DNA of 64,000 nt. Origin: Auanema rhodensis (Eukaryota; Animalia; Nematoda). Each line of letters opens with the position of its first letter. The first letter of the stretch is position 1. The position numbers and the translations under genes are program-made. The stretch is from assembly GCA_964057225.1 (NCBI GenBank), contig OZ059897.1, positions 5,208,001 through 5,272,000 on the forward strand, read 5' to 3'. Positions 42,821 through 58,900 of the stretch are shown in pieces. The notes below the pieces were generated by a model. The model saw only the letters and a list, made by a program, of their open reading frames with translations. It ran no database searches and was not told where the DNA came from.

Positions 42821-45059
42821 AATTAGCATTAATTAAAGTTCACGTAAATTTCAAAGTCATGGTTACCATGCACCAATATCAATAAAAATTTGTTTTTAGA
42901 TTAATATGGACATGGGGAATCTAATTTTGAAAACCGCATCTCTTTATCTTTCACGTGAAGCAAGTTACATACCAAGTGCACAGCACGTGTACATTTAATT
43001 AGCATAAATTAAAGTTCACGTAAATTTCAAAGTCATGGTTACCATGCACCAATATCAATAAAAATTTGTTTTTAGACTAATATGGACATGGGGAATCTAA
43101 TTTTGAAAACCGCATCTCTTTATCTTTCACGTGAAGCGAGTTACATACCAAGTGCACATCACGTGTACATTTAATTAGCATAAATTAAAGTTCACGTAAA
43201 TTTCAAAGTCATGGTTACCATGCACCAATATCAATAAAAATTTGTTTTTAGACTAATATGGACATGTGAAATCTAATTTTAAAAACCGCATCTCTTTATC
43301 TTTCACGTGAAGAAGTTACATACCAAGTGCACATCACGTGTACATTTAATTAGCATAAATTAAAGTTCACGTAAATTTCAAAGTCATGGTTACCATGCAC
43401 CAATATCAATAAAAATTTGTTTTTAGACTAATATGGACATGTGGAATCTAATTTTAAAAACCGCATCTCTTTATCTTTCACGTGAAGCAAGTTACATACC
43501 AAGTGCACATCACGTGTACATTTAATTAGCATAAATTAAAGTTCACGTAAATTTCAAAGTCATGGTTACCATGCACCAATATCAATAAAAATTTGTTTTT
43601 AGACTAATATGGACATGGGGAATCTAATTTCAAAAACCGCATCTCTTTATCTTTCACGTGAAGCAAGTTACATACCAAGTGCACATCACGTGTACATTTA
43701 ATTAGCATAAATTAAAGTTCACGTAAATTTCAAAGTCATGGTTACCATGCACCAATATCAATAAAAATTTGTTTTTAGACTAATATGGACATGTGGAATC
43801 TAATTTTGAAAACCGCATCTCTTTATCTTTCACGTGAAGTGAGTTACATACCAAGTGCACATCACGTGTACATTTAATTAGCATAAATTAAAGTTCACGT
43901 AAATTTCAAAGTCATGGTTACCATGCACCAATATCAATAAAAATTTGTTTTTAGACTAATATGGACATGGGGAATCTAATTTTGAAAACCGCATCTCTTT
44001 ATCTTCCACGTGAAGCAAGTTACATACCAAGTGCACAGCACGTGTACATTTAATTAGCATAAATTAAAGTTCACGTAAATTTCAAAGTCATGGTTACCAT
44101 GCACCAATATCAATAAAAATTTGTTTTTAGACTAATATGGACATGGGGAATCTAATTTTAAAAACCGCATCTCTTTATCTTTCACGTGAAGCAAGTTACA
44201 TACCAAGTGCACAGCACGTGTACATTTAATTAGCATAAATTAAAGCTCACGTAAATTTCAAAGTCATGGTTACCATGCACCAATATCAATAAAAATTTGT
44301 TTTTAGACTAATATGGACATGGGGAATCTAATTTTGAAAACCGCATCTCTTTATCTTTCACGTGAAGCAAGTTACATACCAAGTGCACAGCACGTGTACA
44401 TTTAATTAGCATAAATTAAAGCTCACGTAAATTTCAAAGTCATGGTTACCATGCAATAATATCAATAAAAATTTGTTTTTAGACTAATATGGACATGGGG
44501 AATCTAATTTTGAAAACCGCATCTCTTTATCTTTCACGTGAAGCAAGTTACATACCAAGTGCACATCACGTGTACATTTAATTAGCATAAATTAAAGTTC
44601 ACGTAAATTTCAAAGTCATGGTTACCATGCACCAATATCAATAAAAATTTGTTTTTAGACTAATATGGACATGGGGAATCTAATTTTGAAAACCGCATCT
44701 CTTTATCTTTCACGTGAAGCAAGTTACATACCAAGTGCACATCACGTGCACATTTAATTAGCATAAATTAAAGTTCACGTAAATTTCAAAGTCATGGTTA
44801 CCATGCACCAATATCAATAAAAATTTGTTTTTAGACTAATATGGACATGGGGAATCTAATTTTGAAAACCGCATCTCTTTATCTTTCACGTGAAGCAAGT
44901 TACATACCAAGTGCACATCACGTGCACATTTAATTAGCATAAATTAAAGTTCACGTAAATTTCGAAGTCATGGTTACCATGCACCAATATCAATAAAAAT
45001 TTGTTTTTAGACTAATATGGACATGGGGAATCTAATTTTGAAAACCGCATCTCTTTATC

Positions 45060-48000
45060 TTTCACGTGAAGCAAGTTACATACCAAGTGCACATCACGTG
45101 TACATTTAATTAGCATAAATTAAAGTTCACGTAAATTTCAAAGTCATGGTTACCATGCACCAATATCAATAAAAATTTGTTTTTAGACTAATATGGACAT
45201 GGGGAATCTAATTTTGAAAACCGCATCTCTTTATCTTTCACGTGAAGCAAGTTACATACCAAGTGCACATCACGTGCACATTTAATTAGCATAAATTAAA
45301 GTTCACGTAAATTTCAAAGTCATGGTTACCATGCACCAATATCAATAAAAATTTGTTTTTGGACTAATATGGACATGAGGAATCTAATTTTGAAAACCGC
45401 ATCTCTTTATCTTTCACGTGAAGCAAGTTACATACCAAGTGCACATCACGTGCACATTTAATTAGCATAAATTAAAGTTCACGTAAATTTCAAAGTCATG
45501 GTTACCATGCACCAATATCAATAAAAATTTGTTTTTAGACTAATATGGACATGGGGAATCTAATTTTGAAAACCGCATCTCTTTATCTTTCACGTGAAGC
45601 AAGTTACATACCAAGTGCACATCACGTGCACATTTAATTAGCATAAATTAAAGTTCACGTAAATTTCAAAGTCATGGTTACCATGCACCAAAATCAATAA
45701 AAATTTGTTTTTAGACTAATATGGACATGGGGAATCTAATTTTGAAAACCGGATCTCTTTATCTTTCACGTGAAGCAAGTTACATACCAAGTGCACATCA
45801 CGTGCACATTTAATTAGCATAAATTAAAGTTCACGTAAATTTCAAAGTCATGGTTACCATGCACCAATATCAATAAAAATTTGTTTTTAGACTAATATGG
45901 ACATGGGGAATCTAATTTTGAAAACCGCATCTCTTTATCTTTCACGTGAAGCAAGTTACATACCAAGTGCACATCACGTGTACATTTAATTAGCATAAAT
46001 TAAAGTTCACGTAAATTTTAAAGTCATGGTTACCATGCACCAATATCAATAAAAATTTGTTTTTAGACTAATATGGACATGTGGAATCTAATTTTGAAAA
46101 CCGAATCTCTTTATCTTTCACGTGAAGTGAGTTACTTACCAAGTGCACATCACGTGTACATTTAATTAGCATAAATTAAAGTTCACGTTAATTTCAAAGT
46201 CATGGTTACCATGCACCAATATCAATAAAAATTTGTTTTTAGACTAATATGGACATGGGGAATCTATTTTTAAAAACCGCATCTCTTTATCTTTCACGTG
46301 AAGCAAGTTACATACCAAGTGCACATCACGTGTACATTTAATTAGCATAAATTAAAGTTCACTTAAATTTCAAAGTCATGGTTACCATGCACCAATATCA
46401 ATAAAACTTTGTTTTTAGACTAATATGGACATGTGGAATCTAATTTTGAAAACCGAATCTCTTTATCTTTCACGTGAAGTGAGTTACTTACCAAGTGCAC
46501 ATCACGTGTACATTTAATTAGCATTAATTAAAGTTCACGTAAATTTCAAAGTCATGGTTACCATGCACCAATATCAATAAAAATTTGTTTTTAGATTAAT
46601 ATGGACATGGGGAATCTAATTTTGAAAACCGCATCTCTTTATCTTTCACGTGAAGCAAGTTACATACCAAGTGCACAGCACGTGTACATTTAATTAGCAT
46701 AAATTAAAGTTCACGTAAATTTCAAAGTCATGGTTACCATGCACCAATATCAATAAAAATTTGTTTTTAGACTAATATGGACATGGGGAATCTAATTTTG
46801 AAAACCGTATCTCTTTATCTTTCACGTGAAGCGAGTTACATACCAAGTGCACATCACGTGTACATTTAATTAGCATAAATTAAAGTTCACGTAAATTTCA
46901 AAGTCATGGTTACCATGCACCAATATCAATAAAAATTTGTTTTTAGACTAATATGGACATGTGAAATCTAATTTTAAAAACCGCATCTCTTTATCTTTCA
47001 CGTGAAGCAAGTTACATACCAAGTGCACATCACGTGTACATTTAATTAGCATAAATTAAAGTTCACGTAAATTTCAAAGTCATGGTTACCATGCACCAAT
47101 ATCAATAAAAATTTGTTTTTAGACTAATATGGACATGTGGAATCTAATTTTAAAAACCGCATCTCTTTATCTTTCACGTGAAGCAAGTTACATACCAAGT
47201 GCACATCACGTGTACATTTAATTAGCATAAATTAAAGTTCACGTAAATTTCAAAGTCATGGTTACCATGCACCAATATCAATAAAAATTTGTTTTTAGAC
47301 TAATATGGACATGGGGAATCTAATTTCAAAAACCGCATCTCTTTATCTTTCACGTGAAGCAAGTTACATACCAAGTGCACATCACGTGTACATTTAATTA
47401 GCATAAATTAAAGTTCACGTAAATTTCAAAGTCATGGTTACCATGCACCAATATCAATAAAAATTTGTTTTTAGACTAATATGGACATGTGGAATCTAAT
47501 TTTGAAAACCGCATCTCTTTATCTTTCACGTGAAGTGAGTTACATACCAAGTGCACATCACGTGTACATTTAATTAGCATAAATTAAAGTTCACGTAAAT
47601 TTCAAAGTCATGGTTACCATGCACCAATATCAATAAAAATTTGTTTTTAGACTAATATGGACATGGGGAATCTAATTTTGAAAACCGCATCTCTTTATCT
47701 TTCACGTGAAGCAAGTTACATACCAAGTGCACAGCACGTGTACATTTAATTAGCATAAATTAAAGTTCACGTAAATTTCAAAGTCATGGTTACCATGCAC
47801 CAATATCAATAAAAATTTGTTTTTAGACTAATATGGACATGGGGAATCTAATTTTGAAAACCGCATCTCTTTATCTTTCACGTGAAGCAAGTTACATACC
47901 AAGTGCACATCACGTGTACATTTAATTAGCATAAATTAAAGTTCACGTAAATTTCAAAGTCATGGTTACCATGCACCAATATCAATAAAAATTTGTTTTT

Positions 48001-51000
48001 AGACTAATATGGACATGGGGAATCTAATTTTGAAAACCGCATCTCTTTATCTTTCACGTGAAGCAAGTTACATACCAAGTGCACATCACGTGCACATTTA
48101 ATTAGCATAAATTAAAGTTCACGTAAATTTCAAAGTCATGGTTACCATGCACTAATATCAATAAAAATTTGTTTTTAGACTAATATGGACATGGGGAATC
48201 TAATTTTGAAAACCGCATCTCTTTATCTTTCACGTGAAGCAAGTTACATACCAAGTGCACATCACGTGCACATTTAATTAGCATAAATTAAAGTTCACGT
48301 AAATTTCAAAGTCATGGTTACCATGCACCAATATCAATAAAAATTTGTTTTTAGACTAATATGGACATGGGGAATCTAATTTTGAAAACCGCATCTCTTT
48401 ATCTTTCACGTGAAGCAAGTTACATACCAAGTGCACAGCACTTGTACATTTAATTAGCATAAATTAAAGTTCACGTAAATTTCAAAGTCATGGTTACCAT
48501 GCACCAATATCAATAAAAATTTGTTTTTAGACTAATATGGACATGGGGAATCTAATTTTGAAAACCGCATCTCTTTATCTTTCACGTGAAGCAAGTTACA
48601 TACCAAGTGCACATCACGTGTACATTTAATTAGCATAAATTAAAGTTCACGTAAATTTCAAAGTCATGGTTACCATGCACCAATATCAATAAAAATTTGT
48701 TTTTAGACTAATATGGACATGGGGAATCTAATTTTGAAAACCGCATCTCTTTATCTTTCACGTGAAGCAAGTTACATACCAAGTGCACATCACGTGCACA
48801 TTTAATTAGCATAAATTAAAGTTCACGTAAATTTCAAAGTCATGGTTACCATGCACTAATATCAATAAAAATTTGTTTTTAGACTAATATGGACATGGGG
48901 AATCTAATTTTGAAAACCGCATCTCTTTATTTTTCACGTGAAGCAAGTTACATACCAAGTGCACATCACGTGCACATTTAATTAGCATAAATTAAAGTTC
49001 ACGTAAATTTCAAAGTCATGGTTACCATGCACCAATATCAATAAAAATTTGTTTTTAGACTAATATGGACATGGGGAATCTAATTTTGAAAACCGCATCT
49101 CTTTATCTTTCACGTGAAGCAAGTTACATACCAAGTGCACATCACGTGCACATTTAATTAGCATAAATTAAAGTTCACGTAAATTTCAAAGTCATGGTTA
49201 CCATGCACCAATATCAATAAAAATTTGTTTTTAGACTAATATGGACATGGGGAATCTAATTTTAAAAACCGCATCTCTTTATCTTTCACGTGAAGCAAGT
49301 TACATACCAAGTGCACATCACGTGTACATTTAATTAGCATAAATTAAAGTTCACTTAAATTTCAAAGTCATGGTTACCATGCACCAATATCAATAAAAAT
49401 TTGTTTTTAGACTAATATGGACATGTGGAATCTAATTTTGAAAACCGAATCTCTTTATCTTTCACGTGAAGTGAGTTACATACCAAGTGCACATCACGTG
49501 TACATTTAATTAGCATTAATTAAAGTTCACGTAAATTTCAAAGTCATGGTTACCATGCACCAATATCAATAAAAATTTGTTTTTAGATTAATATGGACAT
49601 GGGGAATCTAATTTTGAAAACCGCATCTCTTTATCTTTCACGTGAAGCAAGTTACATACCAAGTGCACATCACGTGTACATTTAATTAGCATAAATTAAA
49701 GTTCACGTAAATTTTAAAGTCATGGTTACCATGCACCAATATCAATAAAAATTTGTTTTTAGACTAATATGGACATGTGGAATCTAATTTTGAAAACCGA
49801 ATCTCTTTATCTTTCACGTGAAGTGAGTTACTTACCAAGTGCACATCACGTGTACATTTAATTAGCATAAATTAAAGTTCACGTAAATTTCAAAGTCATG
49901 GTTACCATGCACCAATATCAATAAAAATTTGTTTTTAGACTAATATGGACATGGGGAATCTATTTTTAAAAACCGCATCTCTTTATCTTTCACGTGAAGC
50001 AAGTTACATACCAAGTGCACATCACGTGTACATTTAATTAGCATAAATTAAAGTTCACTTAAATTTCAAAGTCATGGTTACCATGCACCAATATCAATAA
50101 AACTTTGTTTTTAGACTAATATGGACATGTGGAATCTAATTTTGAAAACCGAATCTCTTTATCTTTCACGTGAAGTGAGTTACTTACCAAGTGCACATCA
50201 CGTGTACATTTAATTAGCATTAATTAAAGTTCACGTAAATTTCAAAGTCATGGTTACCATGCACCAATATCAATAAAAATTTGTTTTTAGATTAATATGG
50301 ACATGGGGAATCTAATTTTGAAAACCGCATCTCTTTATCTTTCACGTGAAGCAAGTTACATACCAAGTGCACAGCACGTGTACATTTAATTAGCATAAAT
50401 TAAAGTTCACGTAAATTTCAAAGTCATGGTTACCATGCACCAATATCAATAAAAATTTGTTTTTAGACTAATATGGACATGGGGAATCTAATTTTGAAAA
50501 CCGTATCTCTTTATCTTTCACGTGAAGCAAGTTACATACCAAGTGCACATCACGTGTACATTTAATTAGCATAAATTAAAGTTCACGTAAATTTCAAAGT
50601 CATGGTTACCATGCACCAATATCAATAAAAATTTGTTTTTAGACTAATATGGACATGGGGAATCTAATTTTGAAAACCGCATCTCTTTATCTTTCACGTG
50701 AAGCAAGTTACATACCAAGTGCACATCACGTGCACATTTAATTAGCATAAATTAAAGTTCACGTAAATTTCAAAGTCATGGTTACCATGCACCAATATCA
50801 ATAAAAATTTGTTTTTGGACTAATATGGACATGAGGAATCTAATTTTGAAAACCGCATCTCTTTATCTTTCACGTGAAGCAAGTTACATACCAAGTGCAC
50901 ATCACGTGCACATTTAATTAGCATAAATTAAAGTTCACGTAAATTTCAAAGTCATGGTTACCATGCACCAATATCAATAAAAATTTGTTTTTAGACTAAT

Positions 51001-54000
51001 ATGGACATGGGGAATCTAATTTTGAAAACCGCATCTCTTTATCTTTCACGTGAAGCAAGTTACATACCAAGTGCACATCACGTGCACATTTAATTAGCAT
51101 AAATTAAAGTTCACGTAAATTTCAAAGTCATGGTTACCATGCACCAAAATCAATAAAAATTTGTTTTTAGACTAATATGGACATGGGGAATCTAATTTTG
51201 AAAACCGGATCTCTTTATCTTTCACGTGAAGCAAGTTACATACCAAGTGCACATCACGTGCACATTTAATTAGCATAAATTAAAGTTCACGTAAATTTCA
51301 AAGTCATGGTTACCATGCACCAATATCAATAAAAATTTGTTTTTAGACTAATATGGACATGGGGAATCTAATTTTGAAAACCGCATCTCTTTATCTTTCA
51401 CGTGAAGCAAGTTACATACCAAGTGCACATCACGTGTACATTTAATTAGCATAAATTAAAGTTCACGTAAATTTTAAAGTCATGGTTACCATGCACCAAT
51501 ATCAATAAAAATTTGTTTTTAGACTAATATGGACATGTGGAATCTAATTTTGAAAACCGAATCTCTTTATCTTTCACGTGAAGTGAGTTACTTACCAAGT
51601 GCACATCACGTGTACATTTAATTAGCATAAATTAAAGTTCACGTTAATTTCAAAGTCATGGTTACCATGCACCAATATCAATAAAAATTTGTTTTTAGAC
51701 TAATATGGACATGGGGAATCTATTTTTAAAAACCGCATCTCTTTATCTTTCACGTGAAGCAAGTTACATACCAAGTGCACATCACGTGTACATTTAATTA
51801 GCATAAATTAAAGTTCACTTAAATTTCAAAGTCATGGTTACCATGCACCAATATCAATAAAACTTTGTTTTTAGACTAATATGGACATGTGGAATCTAAT
51901 TTTGAAAACCGAATCTCTTTATCTTTCACGTGAAGTGAGTTACTTACCAAGTGCACATCACGTGTACATTTAATTAGCATTAATTAAAGTTCACGTAAAT
52001 TTCAAAGTCATGGTTACCATGCACCAATATCAATAAAAATTTGTTTTTAGATTAATATGGACATGGGGAATCTAATTTTGAAAACCGCATCTCTTTATCT
52101 TTCACGTGAAGCAAGTTACATACCAAGTGCACAGCACGTGTACATTTAATTAGCATAAATTAAAGTTCACGTAAATTTCAAAGTCATGGTTACCATGCAC
52201 CAATATCAATAAAAATTTGTTTTTAGACTAATATGGACATGGGGAATCTAATTTTGAAAACCGTATCTCTTTATCTTTCACGTGAAGCGAGTTACATACC
52301 AAGTGCACATCACGTGTACATTTAATTAGCATAAATTAAAGTTCACGTAAATTTCAAAGTCATGGTTACCATGCACCAATATCAATAAAAATTTGTTTTT
52401 AGACTAATATGGACATGTGAAATCTAATTTTAAAAACCGCATCTCTTTATCTTTCACGTGAAGCAAGTTACATACCAAGTGCACATCACGTGTACATTTA
52501 ATTAGCATAAATTAAAGTTCACGTAAATTTCAAAGTCATGGTTACCATGCACCAATATCAATAAAAATTTGTTTTTAGACTAATATGGACATGTGGAATC
52601 TAATTTTAAAAACCGCATCTCTTTATCTTTCACGTGAAGCAAGTTACATACCAAGTGCACATCACGTGTACATTTAATTAGCATAAATTAAAGTTCACGT
52701 AAATTTCAAAGTCATGGTTACCATGCACCAATATCAATAAAAATTTGTTTTTAGACTAATATGGACATGGGGAATCTAATTTCAAAAACCGCATCTCTTT
52801 ATCTTTCACGTGAAGCAAGTTACATACCAAGTGCACATCACGTGTACATTTAATTAGCATAAATTAAAGTTCACGTAAATTTCAAAGTCATGGTTACCAT
52901 GCACCAATATCAATAAAAATTTGTTTTTAGACTAATATGGACATGTGGAATCTAATTTTGAAAACCGCATCTCTTTATCTTTCACGTGAAGTGAGTTACA
53001 TACCAAGTGCACATCACGTGTACATTTAATTAGCATAAATTAAAGTTCACGTAAATTTCAAAGTCATGGTTACCATGCACCAATATCAATAAAAATTTGT
53101 TTTTAGACTAATATGGACATGGGGAATCTAATTTTGAAAACCGCATCTCTTTATCTTTCACGTGAAGCAAGTTACATACCAAGTGCACAGCACGTGTACA
53201 TTTAATTAGCATAAATTAAAGTTCACGTAAATTTCAAAGTCATGGTTACCATGCACCAATATCAATAAAAATTTGTTTTTAGACTAATATGGACATGGGG
53301 AATCTAATTTTGAAAACCGCATCTCTTTATCTTTCACGTGAAGCAAGTTACATACCAAGTGCACATCACGTGTACATTTAATTAGCATAAATTAAAGTTC
53401 ACGTAAATTTCAAAGTCATGGTTACCATGCACCAATATCAATAAAAATTTGTTTTTAGACTAATATGGACATGGGGAATCTAATTTTGAAAACCGCATCT
53501 CTTTATCTTTCACGTGAAGCAAGTTACATACCAAGTGCACATCACGTGCACATTTAATTAGCATAAATTAAAGTTCACGTAAATTTCAAAGTCATGGTTA
53601 CCATGCACTAATATCAATAAAAATTTGTTTTTAGACTAATATGGACATGGGGAATCTAATTTTGAAAACCGCATCTCTTTATCTTTCACGTGAAGCAAGT
53701 TACATACCAAGTGCACATCACGTGCACATTTAATTAGCATAAATTAAAGTTCACGTAAATTTCAAAGTCATGGTTACCATGCACCAATATCAATAAAAAT
53801 TTGTTTTTAGACTAATATGGACATGGGGAATCTAATTTTGAAAACCGCATCTCTTTATCTTTCACGTGAAGCAAGTTACATACCAAGTGCACAGCACGTG
53901 TACATTTAATTAGCATAAATTAAAGTTCACGTAAATTTCAAAGTCATGGTTACCATGCACCAATATCAATAAAAATTTGTTTTTAGACTAATATGGACAT

Positions 54001-55971
54001 GGGGAATCTAATTTTGAAAACCGCATCTCTTTATCTTTCACGTGAAGCAAGTTACATACCAAGTGCACATCACGTGTACATTTAATTAGCATAAATTAAA
54101 GTTCACGTAAATTTCAAAGTCATGGTTACCATGCACCAATATCAATAAAAATTTGTTTTTAGACTAATATGGACATGGGGAATCTAATTTTGAAAACCGC
54201 ATCTCTTTATCTTTCACGTGAAGCAAGTTACATACCAAGTGCACATCACGTGCACATTTAATTAGCATAAATTAAAGTTCACGTAAATTTCAAAGTCATG
54301 GTTACCATGCACTAATATCAATAAAAATTTGTTTTTAGACTAATATGGACATGGGGAATCTAATTTTGAGAACCGCATCTCTTTATCTTTCACGTGAAGC
54401 AAGTTACATACCAAGTGCACATCACGTGCACATTTAATTAGCATAAATTAAAGTTCACGTAAATTTCAAAGTCATGGTTACCATGCACCAATATCAATAA
54501 AAATTTGTTTTTAGACTAATATGGACATGGGGAATCTAATTTTGAAAACCGCATCTCTTTATCTTTCACGTGAAGCAAGTTACATACCAAGTGCACATCA
54601 CGTGCACATTTAATTAGCATAAATTAAAGTTCACGTAAATTTCAAAGTCATGGTTACCATGCACCAATATCAATAAAAATTTGTTTTTAGACTAATATGG
54701 ACATGGGGAATCTAATTTTAAAAACCGCATCTCTTTATCTTTCACGTGAAGCAAGTTACATACCAAGTGCACATCACGTGTACATTTAATTAGCATAAAT
54801 TAAAGTTCACTTAAATTTCAAAGTCATGGTTACCATGCACCAATATCAATAAAAATTTGTTTTTAGACTAATATGGACATGTGGAATCTAATTTTGAAAA
54901 CCGAATCTCTTTATCTTTCACGTGAAGTGAGTTACATACCAAGTGCACATCACGTGTACATTTAATTAGCATTAATTAAAGTTCACGTAAATTTCAAAGT
55001 CATGGTTACCATGCACCAATATCAATAAAAATTTGTTTTTAGATTAATATGGACATGGGGAATCTAATTTTGAAAACCGCATCTCTTTATCTTTCACGTG
55101 AAGCAAGTTACATACCAAGTGCACATCACGTGTACATTTAATTAGCATAAATTAAAGTTCACGTAAATTTTAAAGTCATGGTTACCATGCACCAATATCA
55201 ATAAAAATTTGTTTTTAGACTAATATGGACATGTGGAATCTAATTTTGAAAACCGAATCTCTTTATCTTTCACGTGAAGTGAGTTACTTACCAAGTGCAC
55301 ATCACGTGTACATTTAATTAGCATAAATTAAAGTTCACGTAAATTTCAAAGTCATGGTTACCATGCACCAATATCAATAAAAATTTGTTTTTAGACTAAT
55401 ATGGACATGGGGAATCTATTTTTAAAAACCGCATCTCTTTATCTTTCACGTGAAGCAAGTTACATACCAAGTGCACATCACGTGTACATTTAATTAGCAT
55501 AAATTAAAGTTCACTTAAATTTCAAAGTCATGGTTACCATGCACCAATATCAATAAAACTTTGTTTTTAGACTAATATGGACATGTGGAATCTAATTTTG
55601 AAAACCGAATCTCTTTATCTTTCACGTGAAGTGAGTTACTTACCAAGTGCACATCACGTGTACATTTAATTAGCATTAATTAAAGTTCACGTAAATTTCA
55701 AAGTCATGGTTACCATGCACCAATATCAATAAAAATTTGTTTTTAGATTAATATGGACATGGGGAATCTAATTTTGAAAACCGCATCTCTTTATCTTTCA
55801 CGTGAAGCAAGTTACATACCAAGTGCACAGCACGTGTACATTTAATTAGCATAAATTAAAGTTCACGTAAATTTCAAAGTCATGGTTACCATGCACCAAT
55901 ATCAATAAAAATTTGTTTTTAGACTAATATGGACATGGGGAATCTAATTTTGAAAACCGTATCTCTTTATC
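45060..55971 (+). repeat. 31-monomer (5456 bp) near-perfect tandem duplication (21-mer plus 10-mer)
   Basis: Private variants lie 5456 apart: TTTTTGGAC 45361/50817, CCGGATC 45751/51207, CACGTTA 46189/51645, GTGAAATC 46961/52417. Confidence 0.92.
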
Positions 55972-58900
55972 TTTCACGTGAAGCGAGTTACATACCAAGT
56001 GCACATCACGTGTACATTTAATTAGCATAAATTAAAGTTCACGTAAATTTCAAAGTCATGGTTACCATGCACCAATATCAATAAAAATTTGTTTTTAGAC
56101 TAATATGGACATGTGAAATCTAATTTTAAAAACCGCATCTCTTTATCTTTCACGTGAAGCAAGTTACATACCAAGTGCACATCACGTGTACATTTAATTA
56201 GCATAAATTAAAGTTCACGTAAATTTCAAAGTCATGGTTACCATGCACCAATATCAATAAAAATTTGTTTTTAGACTAATATGGACATGTGGAATCTAAT
56301 TTTAAAAACCGCATCTCTTTATCTTTCACGTGAAGCAAGTTACATACCAAGTGCACATCACGTGTACATTTAATTAGCATAAATTAAAGTTCACGTAAAT
56401 TTCAAAGTCATGGTTACCATGCACCAATATCAATAAAAATTTGTTTTTAGACTAATATGGACATGGGGAATCTAATTTCAAAAACCGCATCTCTTTATCT
56501 TTCACGTGAAGCAAGTTACATACCAAGTGCACATCACGTGTACATTTAATTAGCATAAATTAAAGTTCACGTAAATTTCAAAGTCATGGTTACCATGCAC
56601 CAATATCAATAAAAATTTGTTTTTAGACTAATATGGACATGTGGAATCTAATTTTGAAAACCGCATCTCTTTATCTTTCACGTGAAGTGAGTTACATACC
56701 AAGTGCACATCACGTGTACATTTAATTAGCATAAATTAAAGTTCACGTAAATTTCAAAGTCATGGTTACCATGCACCAATATCAATAAAAATTTGTTTTT
56801 AGACTAATATGGACATGGGGAATCTAATTTTGAAAACCGCATCTCTTTATCTTTCACGTGAAGCAAGTTACATACCAAGTGCACAGCACGTGTACATTTA
56901 ATTAGCATAAATTAAAGTTCACGTAAATTTCAAAGTCATGGTTACCATGCACCAATATCAATAAAAATTTGTTTTTAGACTAATATGGACATGGGGAATC
57001 TAATTTTGAAAACCGCATCTCTTTATCTTTCACGTGAAGCAAGTTACATACCAAGTGCACATCACGTGTACATTTAATTAGCATAAATTAAAGTTCACGT
57101 AAATTTCAAAGTCATGGTTACCATGCACCAATATCAATAAAAATTTGTTTTTAGACTAATATGGACATGGGGAATCTAATTTTGAAAACCGCATCTCTTT
57201 ATCTTTCACGTGAAGCAAGTTACATACCAAGTGCACATCACGTGCACATTTAATTAGCATAAATTAAAGTTCACGTAAATTTCAAAGTCATGGTTACCAT
57301 GCACTAATATCAATAAAAATTTGTTTTTAGACTAATATGGACATGGGGAATCTAATTTTGAAAACCGCATCTCTTTATCTTTCACGTGAAGCAAGTTACA
57401 TACCAAGTGCACATCACGTGCACATTTAATTAGCATAAATTAAAGTTCACGTAAATTTCAAAGTCATGGTTACCATGCACCAATATCAATAAAAATTTGT
57501 TTTTAGACTAATATGGACATGGGGAATCTAATTTTGAAAACCGCATCTCTTTATCTTTCACGTGAAGCAAGTTACATACCAAGTGCACATCACGTGTACA
57601 TTTAATTAGCATAAATTAAAGTTCACGTAAATTTCAAAGTCATGGTTACCATGCACCAATATCAATAAAAATTTGTTTTTAGACTAATATGGACATGGGG
57701 AATCTAATTTTGAAAACCGCATCTCTTTATCTTTCACGTGAAGCAAGTTACATACCAAGTGCACATCACGTGCACATTTAATTAGCATAAATTAAAGTTC
57801 ACGTAAATTTCAAAGTCATGGTTACCATGCACCAATATCAATAAAAATTTGTTTTTAGACTAATATGGACATGGGGAATCTAATTTTAAAAACCGCATCT
57901 CTTTATCTTTCACGTGAAGCAAGTTACATACCAAGTGCACATCACGTGTACATTTAATTAGCATAAATTAAAGTTCACTTAAATTTCAAAGTCATGGTTA
58001 CCATGCACCAATATCAATAAAAATTTGTTTTTAGACTAATATGGACATGTGGAATCTAATTTTGAAAACCGAATCTCTTTATCTTTCACGTGAAGTGAGT
58101 TACATACCAAGTGCACATCACGTGTACATTTAATTAGCATTAATTAAAGTTCACGTAAATTTCAAAGTCATGGTTACCATGCACCAATATCAATAAAAAT
58201 TTGTTTTTAGATTAATATGGACATGGGGAATCTAATTTTGAAAACCGCATCTCTTTATCTTTCACGTGAAGCAAGTTACATACCAAGTGCACAGCACGTG
58301 TACATTTAATTAGCATAAATTAAAGTTCACGTAAATTTCAAAGTCATGGTTACCATGCACCAATATCAATAAAAATTTGTTTTTAGACTAATATGGACAT
58401 GGGGAATCTAATTTTGAAAACCGCATCTCTTTATCTTTCACGTGAAGCGAGTTACATACCAAGTGCACATCACGTGTACATTTAATTAGCATAAATTAAA
58501 GTTCACGTAAATTTCAAAGTCATGGTTACCATGCACCAATATCAATAAAAATTTGTTTTTAGACTAATATGGACATGTGAAATCTAATTTTAAAAACCGC
58601 ATCTCTTTATCTTTCACGTGAAGAAGTTACATACCAAGTGCACATCACGTGTACATTTAATTAGCATAAATTAAAGTTCACGTAAATTTCAAAGTCATGG
58701 TTACCATGCACCAATATCAATAAAAATTTGTTTTTAGACTAATATGGACATGTGGAATCTAATTTTAAAAACCGCATCTCTTTATCTTTCACGTGAAGCA
58801 AGTTACATACCAAGTGCACATCACGTGTACATTTAATTAGCATAAATTAAAGTTCACGTAAATTTCAAAGTCATGGTTACCATGCACCAATATCAATAAA

